Of a stretch of 64,000 nucleotides of DNA, positions 38,627 to 48,138 are shown piece after piece. Made by a program: the position numbers and the translations under genes. The DNA comes from an uncultured Thermoleophilaceae bacterium. GTDB taxonomy: Bacteria > Actinomycetota > Thermoleophilia > Solirubrobacterales > Thermoleophilaceae. Location: contig CAWEXB010000001.1 in assembly GCA_963812915.1 (NCBI GenBank), forward strand, positions 156,244 to 220,243. The letters run 5' to 3'. Every line of letters starts with the position of its first letter. Positions within the stretch are counted from its first letter, which is position 1. The notes under the pieces are model-generated. The model had not been told where the DNA came from. It worked only from the letters and a program-made list of their open reading frames with translations, and ran no database searches.

Positions 38627-39526
38627 ATGGCCACCCTGATTGTGCTCATCGTCGTCGCCCTGGTGGTGCTGTTCACGCTGTGGCGGACGATCCGGATCGT
38701 GCCGCAGGCCCGCGCGGGGATCGTGGAGCGGCTGGGCCGCTACCACCGCACGCTGGACGCCGGCCTGGCGCTCATCGTGCCGTACGTCGACCGGGTAAAG
38801 CCGCTGCTTGACCTGCGCGAGCAGGTCGTCTCGTTCCCGCCCCAGCCGGTGATCACCGAGGACAACCTGACGGTGAACATCGACACGGTCATCTACTACC
38901 AGGTCACCGACCCGAAGGCCGCGATGTACGAGATCGCCGACTACATCTCGGGGATCGAGCAGCTCACGGTCACGACGCTGCGTAACGTGGCCGGCGGCAT
39001 GACGCTCGAGGACACGCTCACCTCGCGCGACACGATCAACGCCGAGCTCCGCCAGGTGCTCGACGAGGCGACAGGCAAGTGGGGCATCCGCGTCAACCGC
39101 GTCGAGCTAAAGGCGGTCGACCCGCCGCCCTCGATCCAGGAGGCGATGGAGAAGCAGATGCGGGCCGAGCGCGACCGGCGCGCGACCATCCTGACGGCCG
39201 AGGGCGTGAAGCAGTCGCAGATCCTGACGGCCGAGGGGGAGAAGCAGTCGAGCATCCTACGGGCGGAGGGCCAGAAGCAGTCCGAGATCCTCCGCGCCGA
39301 GGGCCAGTCGAAGGCGATCGAGAGCGTCTTCGACGCCATCCACCGTGGCGACGCCGACCCCAAGCTGCTCGCATACCAATACCTTCAGACCCTGCCGCAG
39401 ATCGCTCAGGGGGAGTCGAACAAGGTCTGGATCATCCCGAGCGAGTTCACGCAGGCCCTCGGGAGGCTCGGCACCGTGATCCCCGAGCCGGACGACCGCG
39501 AGCCGCCCGGTGCCTCGACGCCCTGA
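38627..39526 (+). CDS. SPFH/band-7 (stomatin-like) protein
   Basis: 299 aa with an N-terminal TM helix: RIVPQARAGIVERLGRY, and repeated AEG.KQS.ILRAEG coiled segments. Confidence 0.88.
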   Translation: MATLIVLIVVALVVLFTLWRTIRIVPQARAGIVERLGRYHRTLDAGLALIVPYVDRVKPLLDLREQVVSFPPQPVITEDNLTVNIDTVIYYQVTDPKAAMYEIADYISGIEQLTVTTLRNVAGGMTLEDTLTSRDTINAELRQVLDEATGKWGIRVNRVELKAVDPPPSIQEAMEKQMRAERDRRATILTAEGVKQSQILTAEGEKQSSILRAEGQKQSEILRAEGQSKAIESVFDAIHRGDADPKLLAYQYLQTLPQIAQGESNKVWIIPSEFTQALGRLGTVIPEPDDREPPGASTP

Positions 39527-39538
39527 CGGGGCCCAGTC

Positions 39539-39853
39539 TCACCCCGGTCGGTGGTCGACCGCCACGTCGAGGTGCTCGACCCGCTCGCCGATGCGGACGA
39601 GCAGGCGTGCGGCCTCGGCCTCGATCACCGGCTGCTCGGGCGTCGGGCCCGCGAATGCGCGCACCGCGTCCATCGATTCGAAGAACGTGAGCGTGAGGAA
39701 TTCGACCTCGTCGCCCGCCTCGCGTGTGAGCACGTAGGCCCCGCGATAGCCGTCGATTTCGAGTAGGCCGGGCAGCAGATCCTCGGCGAGGAACCGCCGA
39801 TACGCCTCCGCGTCACCGCGGCGGGTTGCGCCACGCCAGAGCCGGCCGATCAT
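39539..39853 (-). CDS. Antibiotic-biosynthesis-monooxygenase-like (dimeric alpha/beta barrel) protein
   Basis: 104 aa: MIGRLWRGATRRGDAEAYRRF....FLTLTFFESMDAVRAFAG, the typical ABM/Dabb pattern. Confidence 0.6.
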   Translation of the reverse strand: MIGRLWRGATRRGDAEAYRRFLAEDLLPGLLEIDGYRGAYVLTREAGDEVEFLTLTFFESMDAVRAFAGPTPEQPVIEAEAARLLVRIGERVEHLDVAVDHRPG

Positions 39854-39913
39854 CCCGTCTCTCCCATCCGGACCTCCCTCAGTTCACGCCTGCCACGCTA
39901 GCCTCCCTCATTC

Positions 39914-41242
39914 ATGTTCGACGCCCTCTCCGAGCGGCTCCAGGCCGCCCTCGACGACGTCCGCTCGCGCGGCAAGCTGACCGAGGACGACATCACGAAG
40001 GCGATGCGCCAGGTTCGCCTGGCGCTGCTCGAGGCTGACGTGAACTTCAAGGTCGTCAAGCAGTTCACCGAGTCGGTGAGGGAGAGGGCGCTCGGCCAGG
40101 ACGTGCTCGAGTCCCTGAACCCGGGCCAGCAGGTCGTGAAGATCGTCGGCGACGAGCTCGCGGAGGTGATGGGCGGAGCGGGCCGCGACCTCGCCTTCGC
40201 CAAGCCGGGCCCCACCGTGATCCTGATGGCGGGTCTCCAGGGTTCCGGTAAGACGACCGCCTGCGCCAAGCTCGCCCGTCACCTGCGCGAGGAGCACGGC
40301 ATGGACGTGGCGCTCGCAGCGTGCGACGTGTACCGCCCGGCTGCGGTGGACCAGCTGGTCAAGGTCGGCGGCCAGGCGGGAGCGCACGTCTACGAGCAGG
40401 GCACCGGGCGCGATCCGGTCGACATCGCCGAGTGGGCGCTCGACCAGGCCAAGCGGGACCGACGCGACGCACTGATCGTCGACACAAGTGGCCGGCTCCA
40501 CATCGACGAGGAGCTCATGAAGGAGCTCGCGCAGATTCGCAAGCGTACGAAGCCGCACGACGTCCTGCTGGTGGTGGACGCGATGACGGGCCAGGACGCC
40601 GTGAACGTCGCGGAGCAGTTCGCCGAGACCGCGAACTTCGACGGGGTCGTGCTTACGAAGCTCGACGGCGACGCCCGCGGCGGCGCCGCGCTGTCCGTCA
40701 AGGCGGTCACCGGCAAGCCGATCCTGTACGCCTCGACCGGCGAGAAGCTCGGCGACTTCGAGCGCTTCCACCCCGACCGCATGGCGCAGCGGATCCTCGG
40801 CATGGGCGACGTGATGACCCTCGTCGAGAAGGCCGAGCGTCAGATCGACGAGAGCCAGGCGCAGGAGCTCGAGCGCAAGATTCGCAAGCAGCAGTTCACG
40901 CTCGACGATTTCCTCGATCAGATGAAGCAGGTTCGCAACATGGGCCCGCTGCAGAACCTGCTGCGGCTCATGCCCGGCGTCGGCCAGCAGCTCGGTTCGC
41001 TCCAGGTGAACGAGCGCGAGCTCGACCGTCTGGAGGCCATCATCCTCTCGATGACGCCCGCCGAGCGGGCGAATCCCTCGATCATCGACGGCTCGCGAAG
41101 GCGGCGGATCGCTCGCGGTTCCGGGACCACGGTGCAGGCGGTGTCCCAGCTCGTGAAGCAGTTCGGGCAGATGAAGAAGCTGATGCGCCAGATGTCGCGC
41201 GGGAAGATGCCGTCCCTGGAACAGCTCGCGGGCGGTCGCTAA
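39914..41242 (+). CDS. ffh: Signal recognition particle protein Ffh
   Basis: 442 aa, intact: [42 protein letters not shown], and a Met-rich M domain. Confidence 0.95.
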   Translation: MFDALSERLQAALDDVRSRGKLTEDDITKAMRQVRLALLEADVNFKVVKQFTESVRERALGQDVLESLNPGQQVVKIVGDELAEVMGGAGRDLAFAKPGPTVILMAGLQGSGKTTACAKLARHLREEHGMDVALAACDVYRPAAVDQLVKVGGQAGAHVYEQGTGRDPVDIAEWALDQAKRDRRDALIVDTSGRLHIDEELMKELAQIRKRTKPHDVLLVVDAMTGQDAVNVAEQFAETANFDGVVLTKLDGDARGGAALSVKAVTGKPILYASTGEKLGDFERFHPDRMAQRILGMGDVMTLVEKAERQIDESQAQELERKIRKQQFTLDDFLDQMKQVRNMGPLQNLLRLMPGVGQQLGSLQVNERELDRLEAIILSMTPAERANPSIIDGSRRRRIARGSGTTVQAVSQLVKQFGQMKKLMRQMSRGKMPSLEQLAGGR

Positions 41243-41255
41243 CCTCCCGCGCTCT

Positions 41256-41663
41256 ATGTCAGTCCGAGTTCGGCTCACGCGTGTGGGCAGCAAGAAGAAT
41301 CCGATCTGGCGCGTGGTCGTGGCCGACCAGCGCTCGCCGCGCGACGGCCGCTTCATCGAGACGATCGGCCGCTACAACCCGCAAACCGATCCCTCGACGA
41401 TCGCGATCGACGAGGAGCGGCTCGAGCACTGGCTGGCCCGCGGCGCGCAGCCGACGGGCGCCGTGAAGCAGCTCATGAAGGCGCAGGCGAAGTCCGGCGG
41501 CCCGCAGGTCGCCGGCGAGGAGGCAGAGGCTGCGGCGGGTGCGGTGGCGGCTGAGCCCGCAGCGGCGCCGGAGGCCGCCGGGTCTACGGCGGCGGCGGCC
41601 GCGGCTCCATCCGGGGCGCCCGAGCCCGCGGCTCCGGAGGCCGGCGGCGCCGGCGGCGGCTGA
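41256..41663 (+). CDS. rpsP: 30S ribosomal protein S16 with an Ala-rich C-terminal tail
   Basis: [42 protein letters not shown], followed by a low-complexity tail of about 60 aa rich in A/E/P. Confidence 0.9.
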   Translation: MSVRVRLTRVGSKKNPIWRVVVADQRSPRDGRFIETIGRYNPQTDPSTIAIDEERLEHWLARGAQPTGAVKQLMKAQAKSGGPQVAGEEAEAAAGAVAAEPAAAPEAAGSTAAAAAAPSGAPEPAAPEAGGAGGG

Positions 41664-41702
41664 GGGCGAGCCGGATTCCGAGGCGGCCGCGCGCGACTCG
41701 TA

Positions 41703-41936
41703 GTGGAGGAGCTGCTCGAATACCTCGCCCGGTCATTGGTCGACAAGCCGGACGAGGTATCGGTCGAGGCGTTCGAGGAGGAAGACGGGACGGTCGTGCT
41801 CGAGCTGCACGTGGCGGAGGACGAGGCGGGCAGGGTGATTGGCCGCGGGGGCCGCACGGTCGCCGCTCTGCGCACCGTTCTGAAGGCGGCCTCGGTGCGT
41901 CACGGCAACCGCGTGCTCGTCGACGTCGTCGATTGA
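41703..41936 (+). CDS. KH-domain RNA-binding protein (YlqC family)
   Basis: 77 aa with GRVIGRGGRTVAALRTVL (GxxG KH motif). Conserved position between rpsP and rimM. Confidence 0.85.
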   Translation: MEELLEYLARSLVDKPDEVSVEAFEEEDGTVVLELHVAEDEAGRVIGRGGRTVAALRTVLKAASVRHGNRVLVDVVD

Positions 41937-42375
41937 CCCTCGTAACCGCCGGCCGCGTGGGCAAGGCCCACGGCCGGGACGGGAGCTTCTACGTCGAGGG
42001 TGCGGATCATCCGCTCGTCGAGGGGACCGAGGTGGTGCTGGCGTCCCGAGCACACAGGGTCGCGCGGCGCGCGGGAGGTGACGACCGGCCGCTGATCCAG
42101 CTCTCGGGCCTCGGCGACCGGGACGCGGTGGCGCCCCTACGCGGGGAGTTGCTGCTGGTGGAGGAGGAGCTGGAGCGAGGGCGAGTGGCTCGCCGGCGGA
42201 CCTCGTGGGATGCGAGGTGCCCAACCTGGGTCGGGTGCGAAAAGTGCTCGGCGGCCCGTCCTGCGACGTGCTCGAGCTCGAGGACGGCACGCTCGTGCCG
42301 CTCGTCTCGGACGCCATCGTGAACATCGACCCGGGCGCCCGCCGCATCGAGGTCAGGCTGGAGTTCCTGGGATGA
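41933..42375 (+). pseudogene. rimM: 16S rRNA processing protein RimM, 2 frame breaks (about 42176 and about 42200)
   Basis: VTAGRVGKAHGRDGSFYVE.. is intact. The text then reads EGEWLAG / [58 protein letters not shown] in shifted frames. The stop overlaps the trmD ATG. Confidence 0.8.
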
Positions 42376-43052
42376 GGATCGACGTCTTCACGCTCTTTCC
42401 GGCCTGGTTCGACTGGTTCCTCGAGCAGCGCCACGTTCGCAACGCGCTCGAGCTCGGCCACCAGCTCCGGCTCGCGGACCTGCGCGCCACGACACCGCTG
42501 AAGGCCGGCCAGGTCGACGACACGCCTTACGGCGGCGGCGCGGGGATGGTGATCCGCGTGGACGTGGTGGAGGCGGCGCTGCGTGCCCGCTACGGGAGCG
42601 ACCCGCTCGAGTTGCCCGCCCGACGGCGGGTGATCGCGCTCGCGGCCGGAGGGGGCCGATTCGACGACGGCCTCGCCACCGAGCTCGCGGCCGAGCCCGA
42701 GCTCACGCTGCTCTGCGGCCGGTACGAGGGCTTCGACGAGCGGGTGCACGAGCACCTGGCGACCGACGTGGTCTCGATCGGGCCATATGTGATTTCCGGC
42801 GGGGAGCTGGCCGCGATGGTGGTATGCGACGCGGTGATCAGGAAGCTCCCGGGCGCTCTCGGACACGAGGAGAGCGCCCTCGAGGAGTCGTTCAGTGAGG
42901 CGCTCGAGGGGGCGCCCGAGTATCCGCACTACACGCGACCGTTCGACTGGCGCGGCCACACGGTCCCGGAGATCCTGCTGTCGGGCGACCACGCGCGCGT
43001 GCGCGAGTGGCGGCGCGAACGCAGCCGCGAGCGCGGCGCCCGGGATGCCTGA
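42372..43052 (+). CDS. trmD: tRNA (guanine37-N1)-methyltransferase
   Basis: [51 protein letters not shown] and YPHYTRP motifs. Confidence 0.92.
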   Translation: MRIDVFTLFPAWFDWFLEQRHVRNALELGHQLRLADLRATTPLKAGQVDDTPYGGGAGMVIRVDVVEAALRARYGSDPLELPARRRVIALAAGGGRFDDGLATELAAEPELTLLCGRYEGFDERVHEHLATDVVSIGPYVISGGELAAMVVCDAVIRKLPGALGHEESALEESFSEALEGAPEYPHYTRPFDWRGHTVPEILLSGDHARVREWRRERSRERGARDA

Positions 43053-43212
43053 GGAGCGCGGGTGCTTCGCCCCACCGCAACCGCGAACGAGGCACCGCGG
43101 ACGCCTGAGCACGCCTGGTGCTTCGCTACCATTTCGATCCCGCGCGACGGCTCCTGGGAGGTCGCGCCTCTTTTGTGCCTCCCGCGGGGTCGCCGACCGA
43201 TCACCGCCCATC

Positions 43213-43960
43213 ATGTCTCGCGTCATCGAAAGCCTCGAGCGCGCCCAGCTGCGCCGCGTGCCCGTCTTCCAGGCGGGTGACCGCGTTCGGGTCCACTTTC
43301 AGGTCGTCGAGGGCACGCGTCGCCGTACTCAGGTATTCGAGGGGATCGTGATCAGGCGCCAGGGCAGCGGCGTGCGGGAGACCTTCACGGTCCGCAAACA
43401 GTCGTTCGGGGTGGGGGTCGAGCGCACATTCCCGCTGCACTCGCCAAAGATCGAGCGGATCGAGGTGGCGGCCCGCGGCGATGTTCGCCGGGCGAAGCTC
43501 TACTACCTACGCGAGCGGGTGGGCCGCGGAGCGCGGGTGCGCGAGCGGCGCTGGACAGGCGAGCCCGAGACCATCCAGGCCGGCGCCATGCCAGCGGACG
43601 ACGAGCCGCGGCCGGGAGAGGAAGAGCTGGCGGAGCAGACGGCGGCCGAGGAGCCGGCGGCCGAGGCCGCCGAGGCCGCCGGGGCCGCCGGGGCCGCCGA
43701 GGCCGGGCAGGCCCCAGCCGGGGCCGCCAGGCCGCCGAGGCTGGGGCAGGCGCCAAGCCGAGGCCGCCGAGGCCGCCGACGCTGGGGCAGGCGCCGAGGC
43801 CGGCGAAGGCGCCGCGGATGCCGAGACGGGCGCTGTCGCCGAGGCCGACGCCCCGGCCGAGGCTCGGGGCGGCGAGGCTGCGCCGGAGTCGTCCGAGCCG
43901 TCGCCGGCATCGGCAGAGACCGGCGACGAGGGCAAACCCGACGACGGCGCCGGGTCCTAG
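43213..43960 (+). pseudogene. rplS: 50S ribosomal protein L19 with an acidic Ala/Glu-rich C-terminal extension; 2 frame breaks inside the repeat tail
   Basis: The core is intact ([47 protein letters not shown]). The tail [17 protein letters not shown]... changes frame at about 43729 and about 43755 and ends ...[12 protein letters not shown] at 43960, 25 nt before lepB. Confidence 0.75.
43615..43905 (+). repeat. GCC/GAG-rich low-complexity tandem repeats (coding, L19 tail)
   Basis: Repeated gccgaggccgcc / ggggccgcc / ggggcaggcgcc units were read directly. Confidence 0.5.
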
Positions 43961-43984
43961 GGGCGGGACCCGGTCCTCGAGCGG

Positions 43985-44599
43985 GTGCAGGTGGCGCGGA
44001 GCAAACAGAAGACCACTCGGGGCTCGCTCTTCGAGCTGGTCACCATCGTGGCCGTCGCCCTTGGGTTGGCGCTCGGCATCCAGGCGTTCCTGGTCAAGCC
44101 TTTCAGGATCCCGAGCGAGTCGATGGTGCCAACCCTCGAGGTCGGCCAGCGTGTGCTGGTCGACCGCGTGAGCTTCCGGTTCGGCGACCCCGACCGCGGC
44201 GACATCGTGGTCTTCAAGCCCCCCGCCGGCGCCGACTCGAACGTTTGTGGCGTCGAGCACTCGAGCGAGAGCGCTTGCCCGACCCCCACGCCGCAGCGCT
44301 CGGACACGAACTTCATCAAGCGGGTCGTCGCTGTCCCCGGTGACCGGCTAACGGTGATCGACGGCGCCGTCTACATCAACGGCGACCGCCAGAAGGAGTC
44401 GTTCGCGCAGCTCGACTCGACGTGCGGGATCTGCAACCTGCGCCGGCCGATCACGATCCCCGAGGACCACTACTTCATGATGGGCGACAATCGCGGCGCG
44501 AGCGCCGACAGCCGCGAGTGGGGGCCGGTCCCGAAGGAGTGGATCATCGGCAACGCCTTCATGACCTACTGGCCGCCGGGCAGGATCGGGTTTCTCTAG
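43985..44599 (+). CDS. lepB: Signal peptidase I
   Basis: 204 aa with a TM anchor: [10 protein letters not shown] (catalytic Ser box), [15 protein letters not shown] and [11 protein letters not shown] boxes. Confidence 0.88.
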   Translation: MQVARSKQKTTRGSLFELVTIVAVALGLALGIQAFLVKPFRIPSESMVPTLEVGQRVLVDRVSFRFGDPDRGDIVVFKPPAGADSNVCGVEHSSESACPTPTPQRSDTNFIKRVVAVPGDRLTVIDGAVYINGDRQKESFAQLDSTCGICNLRRPITIPEDHYFMMGDNRGASADSREWGPVPKEWIIGNAFMTYWPPGRIGFL

Positions 44600-44655
44600 C
44601 TCTCCCGCCCCGTCGCCCTCTGGTCGACGAAGGTCGCCGCGGCCGAGCCCACCAC

Positions 44656-44672
44656 GCGCTTCGGGGAAGCGC
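44656..44672 (+). terminator. Short perfect hairpin downstream of lepB
   Basis: gcgcttc-ggg-gaagcgc (7-bp stem) followed by ttccatctcc. The T-tract is weak. Confidence 0.3.
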
Positions 44673-45003
44673 TTCCATCTCCTTCGAACGCGTGGCCCTC
44701 CCGCGCCAAGTTCCCTCGTACAGACTCGCGGACCGAGCCACCGAGCCGTGAGCCCAACCCGCCGAAGGCCCCAACGCCCAGCCGAAGGCCCCTAGACCCG
44801 CAGCCAAACCGGAAACACGAAGGCGGCAGCAGCGCCGGTGCGGCTCCCGGAATGCGACGGCGACGAGCCGACCGCCGAAAGCGAGGGGTTCCCCGCACCG
44901 CCCCGACCTAGGCCCGACGGAAGGACGGGAGGGTCCCAATCGAGAGCGGCTAAAGGGTCCGTGACGCCTTCCGCCGTCGGCCGTCCTATGATCGGCCCCG
45001 ATC

Positions 45004-45738
45004 GTGGGGAGATCGGGCACCGCCGAAACGCCGCCGTCGAAGCCGCCAGTTGACACCACGCCGCAGGTGGCGGGGAAGCCCCGGCCTCGCCGTCGCGCTT
45101 ACAGCGGCCGTCGTCTATTCGCCTTCGATCGCGCGCTCGGTTGTCGCTTCGTGGCAGGGGCGGACGAAGCCGGGCGGGGATCGCTCGCGGGGCCGCTGGT
45201 GGCGGCAGCCGTTCTCTTCGACCTCGAGCGCTTGACCCTTTCCGACCGCCGTGCGCTCAGTCGGCTGAACGACTCCAAGCAGCACACCGCGGAGACCCGC
45301 GAGGAGCTTTACCCGTTGGTCCTTCGGGCGGCGGCCCGCTCGGTGATCGTCTCCAGATGTGTTGGGGTCATCGACAGCCGCGGGCTTCACAACACGAACC
45401 TGGAGGCGTTGCGCACGGCGTTGCTCGGCGTGGCCCGAGGAGGCGCCGTGTGCCTGGTGGACGGCTTCAGGGTCCCGGATTTCGGCTTCGAGCAGCGGGC
45501 GGTCATCGACGGCGACTGCCGAAGCGCGGCGATCGCAGGCGCCTCGGTGCTCGCGAAGGTCACTCGCGACCGCTACATGCGCCGGGCCGCGGAGCGTCAC
45601 CCGGACTGGGACTTCGAGACGAACGTCGGCTACTCCACGCCCGAGCACCGCGCGGCGATCGCGGTCAACGGGGTCTGCGCGCTGCACCGCCTGTCCTTCC
45701 AGTCGATCGCCTACACACAGCTCGCGCTCGAGGGCTGA
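45004..45738 (+). CDS. rnhB: Ribonuclease HII (start uncertain)
   Basis: VAGADEAGRGSLAGPLVAAAV, LNDSKQ, VDGF, SAAIAGASVLAKVTRD and GYSTPEH motifs. The Arg/Pro-rich N-terminal about 35 aa may not be translated. Confidence 0.85.
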   Translation: MGRSGTAETPPSKPPVDTTPQVAGKPRPRRRAYSGRRLFAFDRALGCRFVAGADEAGRGSLAGPLVAAAVLFDLERLTLSDRRALSRLNDSKQHTAETREELYPLVLRAAARSVIVSRCVGVIDSRGLHNTNLEALRTALLGVARGGAVCLVDGFRVPDFGFEQRAVIDGDCRSAAIAGASVLAKVTRDRYMRRAAERHPDWDFETNVGYSTPEHRAAIAVNGVCALHRLSFQSIAYTQLALEG

Positions 45739-45774
45739 GTACTCGTCGCCGGCGGCGAGAGGGCTGGAGCGCGC

Positions 45775-45965
45775 GCCAGGGAGGGCTGACGCCCCGTGGG
45801 TGGCCGGAAGGCTCACGCGCGTCCGCGGTGGAGGGCCTGACGCCCGGCTGGCGCCGGATTGCAGACGCTCGGCTGGCGGCGGATTGCAGGCGGCCGGCTG
45901 GCGCCGGCTGTGGCGCCCGGCTGGCGCCGGGAGGCTGGACGCCCGGCCGGCGCCGAGCGGCTGAC
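45775..45965. repeat. Degenerate GC-rich tandem repeat tract between convergent rnhB and yraN
   Basis: GGCTGGCGCCGG (45846, 45896, 45920; variant at 45871), ATTGCAG (45858, 45883), and GAGGGC(C)TGACGCCC (45781, 45831; variants at 45931 and 45955). Confidence 0.5.
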
Positions 45966-45975
45966 AGTCGGCCGA

Positions 45976-46446
45976 TCAAAACGCTCCCTCCAAATGCTCG
46001 AGGCCGACGAGCCGTCCCGAGGGATCGATTTCGACGCCGATAGCGTCGAAGCGGATCTCTCGGGGCCGTGGACCCTGGAGTGCCCGCGCCGCGAGCCACT
46101 CTCGAGCCATGAGGCGCAGTCGCCGCCGCTTCCGAGGGCCGATCGCCGAGAGCGGCCCGAGCGGGCCGGGACCGCGCTTGGAGATCCTGGTCTTGACCTC
46201 ACAGAACACCAGAAAGCGTTCGTTTCGCCCGACCAGGTCGAGCTCCCCGTGACGTGTTCGGAAGTTCGCCTCGACGATCTCGAAACCGCGCGCCTCGAGA
46301 TGCTCGCGCGCGAGGCGCTCCCCAAGCGCCCCGAGCCTCCGCCTGGGGTCGCCCAACGGCCGTTCCGTGCCGTCCTGTCGGGCTCGCGGCTCCCCCGTTC
46401 CGTTCGTCGGCTCTGTCGCCATGGCCCGGGCGACGCTACGCGGCAA
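45976..46446 (-). CDS. yraN: YraN-family (UPF0102) endonuclease-like protein
   Basis: GERLAREHLEARGFEIVEANFRTRHGELDLVGRNERFLVFCEVKTR. The start is ATG 46446 or ATG 46422. It is on the opposite strand to its usual neighbours. Confidence 0.8.
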   Translation of the reverse strand: MPRSVARAMATEPTNGTGEPRARQDGTERPLGDPRRRLGALGERLAREHLEARGFEIVEANFRTRHGELDLVGRNERFLVFCEVKTRISKRGPGPLGPLSAIGPRKRRRLRLMAREWLAARALQGPRPREIRFDAIGVEIDPSGRLVGLEHLEGAF

Positions 46447-46466
46447 ACGCGCACAAGTGTGCGACG

Positions 46467-46514
46467 TGTGTGACAGATCAGAACGTCACCGACCTGTCAG
46501 TCGAAAGTCACACA
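46467..46514. promoter_or_regulatory. Nested inverted repeats with GTGAC/GTCAC half-sites in the yraN-comM divergent region
   Basis: tgtgtgac (46467-74) pairs with gtcacaca (46507-14), and tgacag (46471-76) pairs with ctgtca (46494-99). Extra gtcac copies occur at 46485 and 46518. The patch has locally lower GC. Confidence 0.25.
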
Positions 46515-46568
46515 GTTGTCACGCTCGTCCGCCCACGAGTTGCCAAACACGCCGTAGCGTCGTCGTCC

Positions 46569-48089
46569 GTGCTCGCCGCCGTCGCCACCTTCGCCCTCGA
46601 GGGAGTCCGTAGTCACGAGGTGACGGCCGAAGTCGACGTGCGGCGTGGGCTGCCCATCTTCATGCTCGTCGGCCTGCCCGACCGGGCCGTTCGCGAGTCG
46701 CGCGAGCGGGTCCGTGCCGCGCTACTCAACTCGGGGCTCGACTTCCCGATGATGCGCCTGACCGTCAACCTCGCGCCCGCGCACGTGAGAAAGGCGGGTC
46801 CGAGTTTCGATCTCGCGATCGCGGTGGGGGTCCTCGCAGCGAGCGGACAGGTGCCGGGCGAAACGCTGAAGAATTGCGCCCTCTGCGGCGAGTTGTCTCT
46901 GAGCGGCGAGTTGCGGCCGGTGCGCGGCGCCCTCGCCGCCGCTCTCGGCGCCCGGCGTGCCGGTTACGAACGGCTGTTGGTCCCGGCCGCGAACGCCCCG
47001 GAGGCGGCGCTCGTCGAGGGCGTCGAGGTCTATGGGATCCCGACGCTGGCCCGCCTGGCGGACCTGCTTCACGATCGTTGGGCGCCGCAGCTCGCCGGGC
47101 CCGCGGTTGCGGACCCCGACGAGACGGGTGGCGGGCTGGACCTTGCCGACGTCCGCGGCCAAGAGGACGCCAAGCGAGCGCTCGAGATTGCCGCGGCGGG
47201 AGGACACAACCTTCTGATGATCGGCCCGCCCGGAGCCGGCAAGACGATGCTCGCGCGCCGACTGCCCGGCATCCTGCCCCCGCCGACGTTCGAAGAGGCG
47301 CTCGAAGTCACTCAGGTGCACAGCGTGGCGGGTGTGGGCAGCGGGCGGCTCGTCACCGAGCGTCCGTTCCGGGCGCCTCACCACACGACCTCTGCGCAAG
47401 GTCTCGTGGGTGGGGGCGCTCGACCGATGCCCGGCGAGATCACGCTCGCCCATCGCGGAGTCCTGTTCCTCGACGAGCTCCCAGAGTTCAGCCGTGCGGC
47501 CATCGACGCGCTTCGCCAGCCGCTCGAAGAGGGGCGGGTAGAGATCATGCGGGGGCAGCGGACGGTGGAGTTCCCCGCGAACGCGACGGTGGTAGCCGCA
47601 TGCAACCGCTGTCCATGCGCGCGGCCTCCGGACAGCTGCAGCTGCACGACCGCCCAGCTCGGGCGCTACCTGCGCCGGCTGAGCGGACCGCTGCTCGACC
47701 GCATCGACCTCGTGTGTCAGGTGGAGGCGGTGCCACCGGTCCAACTCGTCGGCGACGGCGACGAGCGCCAACCACGTTCGGGGGCCGTCAGAGACCGCGT
47801 CCTCGCCGCGCGGGAGCGCCAGCAGGCTCGGCTTGCCGGCACAGGCGTCCTGTGCAACGCCGACATGGACGCACGACTGACGCGCCGGCAGGTGCGCATC
47901 GATGCGATCCTCGCCGCGCGGCTGCTTGCGGTTCGCGGAACGGCGGCCCTCAGCGGTCGCGCGCACGACCGCATCCTTCGTGTGGCACGCACGATCGGCG
48001 ACCTCGACAGTCGCGAGCGGATCGCGGTCAGAGACATCGATGAAGCCCTCTCCTATCGCCTCGACGGCTCGGAGGCGATCGCCGCGTGA
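46569..48089 (+). CDS. comM: Mg-chelatase-like ATPase YifB/ComM family
   Basis: GTG 46569 (VLAAVATFALEG). Lon-like N-terminal domain, GPPGAGKTMLARRLPGILPP, FRAPHHT, GVLFLDELPEF, and a Cys-rich CNRCPC segment. Intact. Confidence 0.88.
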   Translation: MLAAVATFALEGVRSHEVTAEVDVRRGLPIFMLVGLPDRAVRESRERVRAALLNSGLDFPMMRLTVNLAPAHVRKAGPSFDLAIAVGVLAASGQVPGETLKNCALCGELSLSGELRPVRGALAAALGARRAGYERLLVPAANAPEAALVEGVEVYGIPTLARLADLLHDRWAPQLAGPAVADPDETGGGLDLADVRGQEDAKRALEIAAAGGHNLLMIGPPGAGKTMLARRLPGILPPPTFEEALEVTQVHSVAGVGSGRLVTERPFRAPHHTTSAQGLVGGGARPMPGEITLAHRGVLFLDELPEFSRAAIDALRQPLEEGRVEIMRGQRTVEFPANATVVAACNRCPCARPPDSCSCTTAQLGRYLRRLSGPLLDRIDLVCQVEAVPPVQLVGDGDERQPRSGAVRDRVLAARERQQARLAGTGVLCNADMDARLTRRQVRIDAILAARLLAVRGTAALSGRAHDRILRVARTIGDLDSRERIAVRDIDEALSYRLDGSEAIAA

Positions 48090-48138
48090 TGCGTTCCGCC
48101 CCGCCCCGCGATGGGCAACCTTCGGCGGTGAGGGTCGC

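Noticed and set aside
38184-39526. The NfeD-SPFH gene pair as a candidate novel system.
   Set aside because: It is a ubiquitous, well-described membrane-microdomain operon, and nothing unusual is visible in its sequence or context.
44900-44980. A GGAAGGA-containing segment reminiscent of the SRP (4.5S) RNA domain IV.
   Set aside because: It lacks the GGUCCGGAAGGAAGCAGCC-type conserved loop sequence and the symmetric helix. The resemblance is limited to seven bases.
45775-45965. The repeat tract considered as a CRISPR array.
   Set aside because: The units are degenerate and nested, with no constant-length repeats separated by unique spacers. There are no cas genes in the window.
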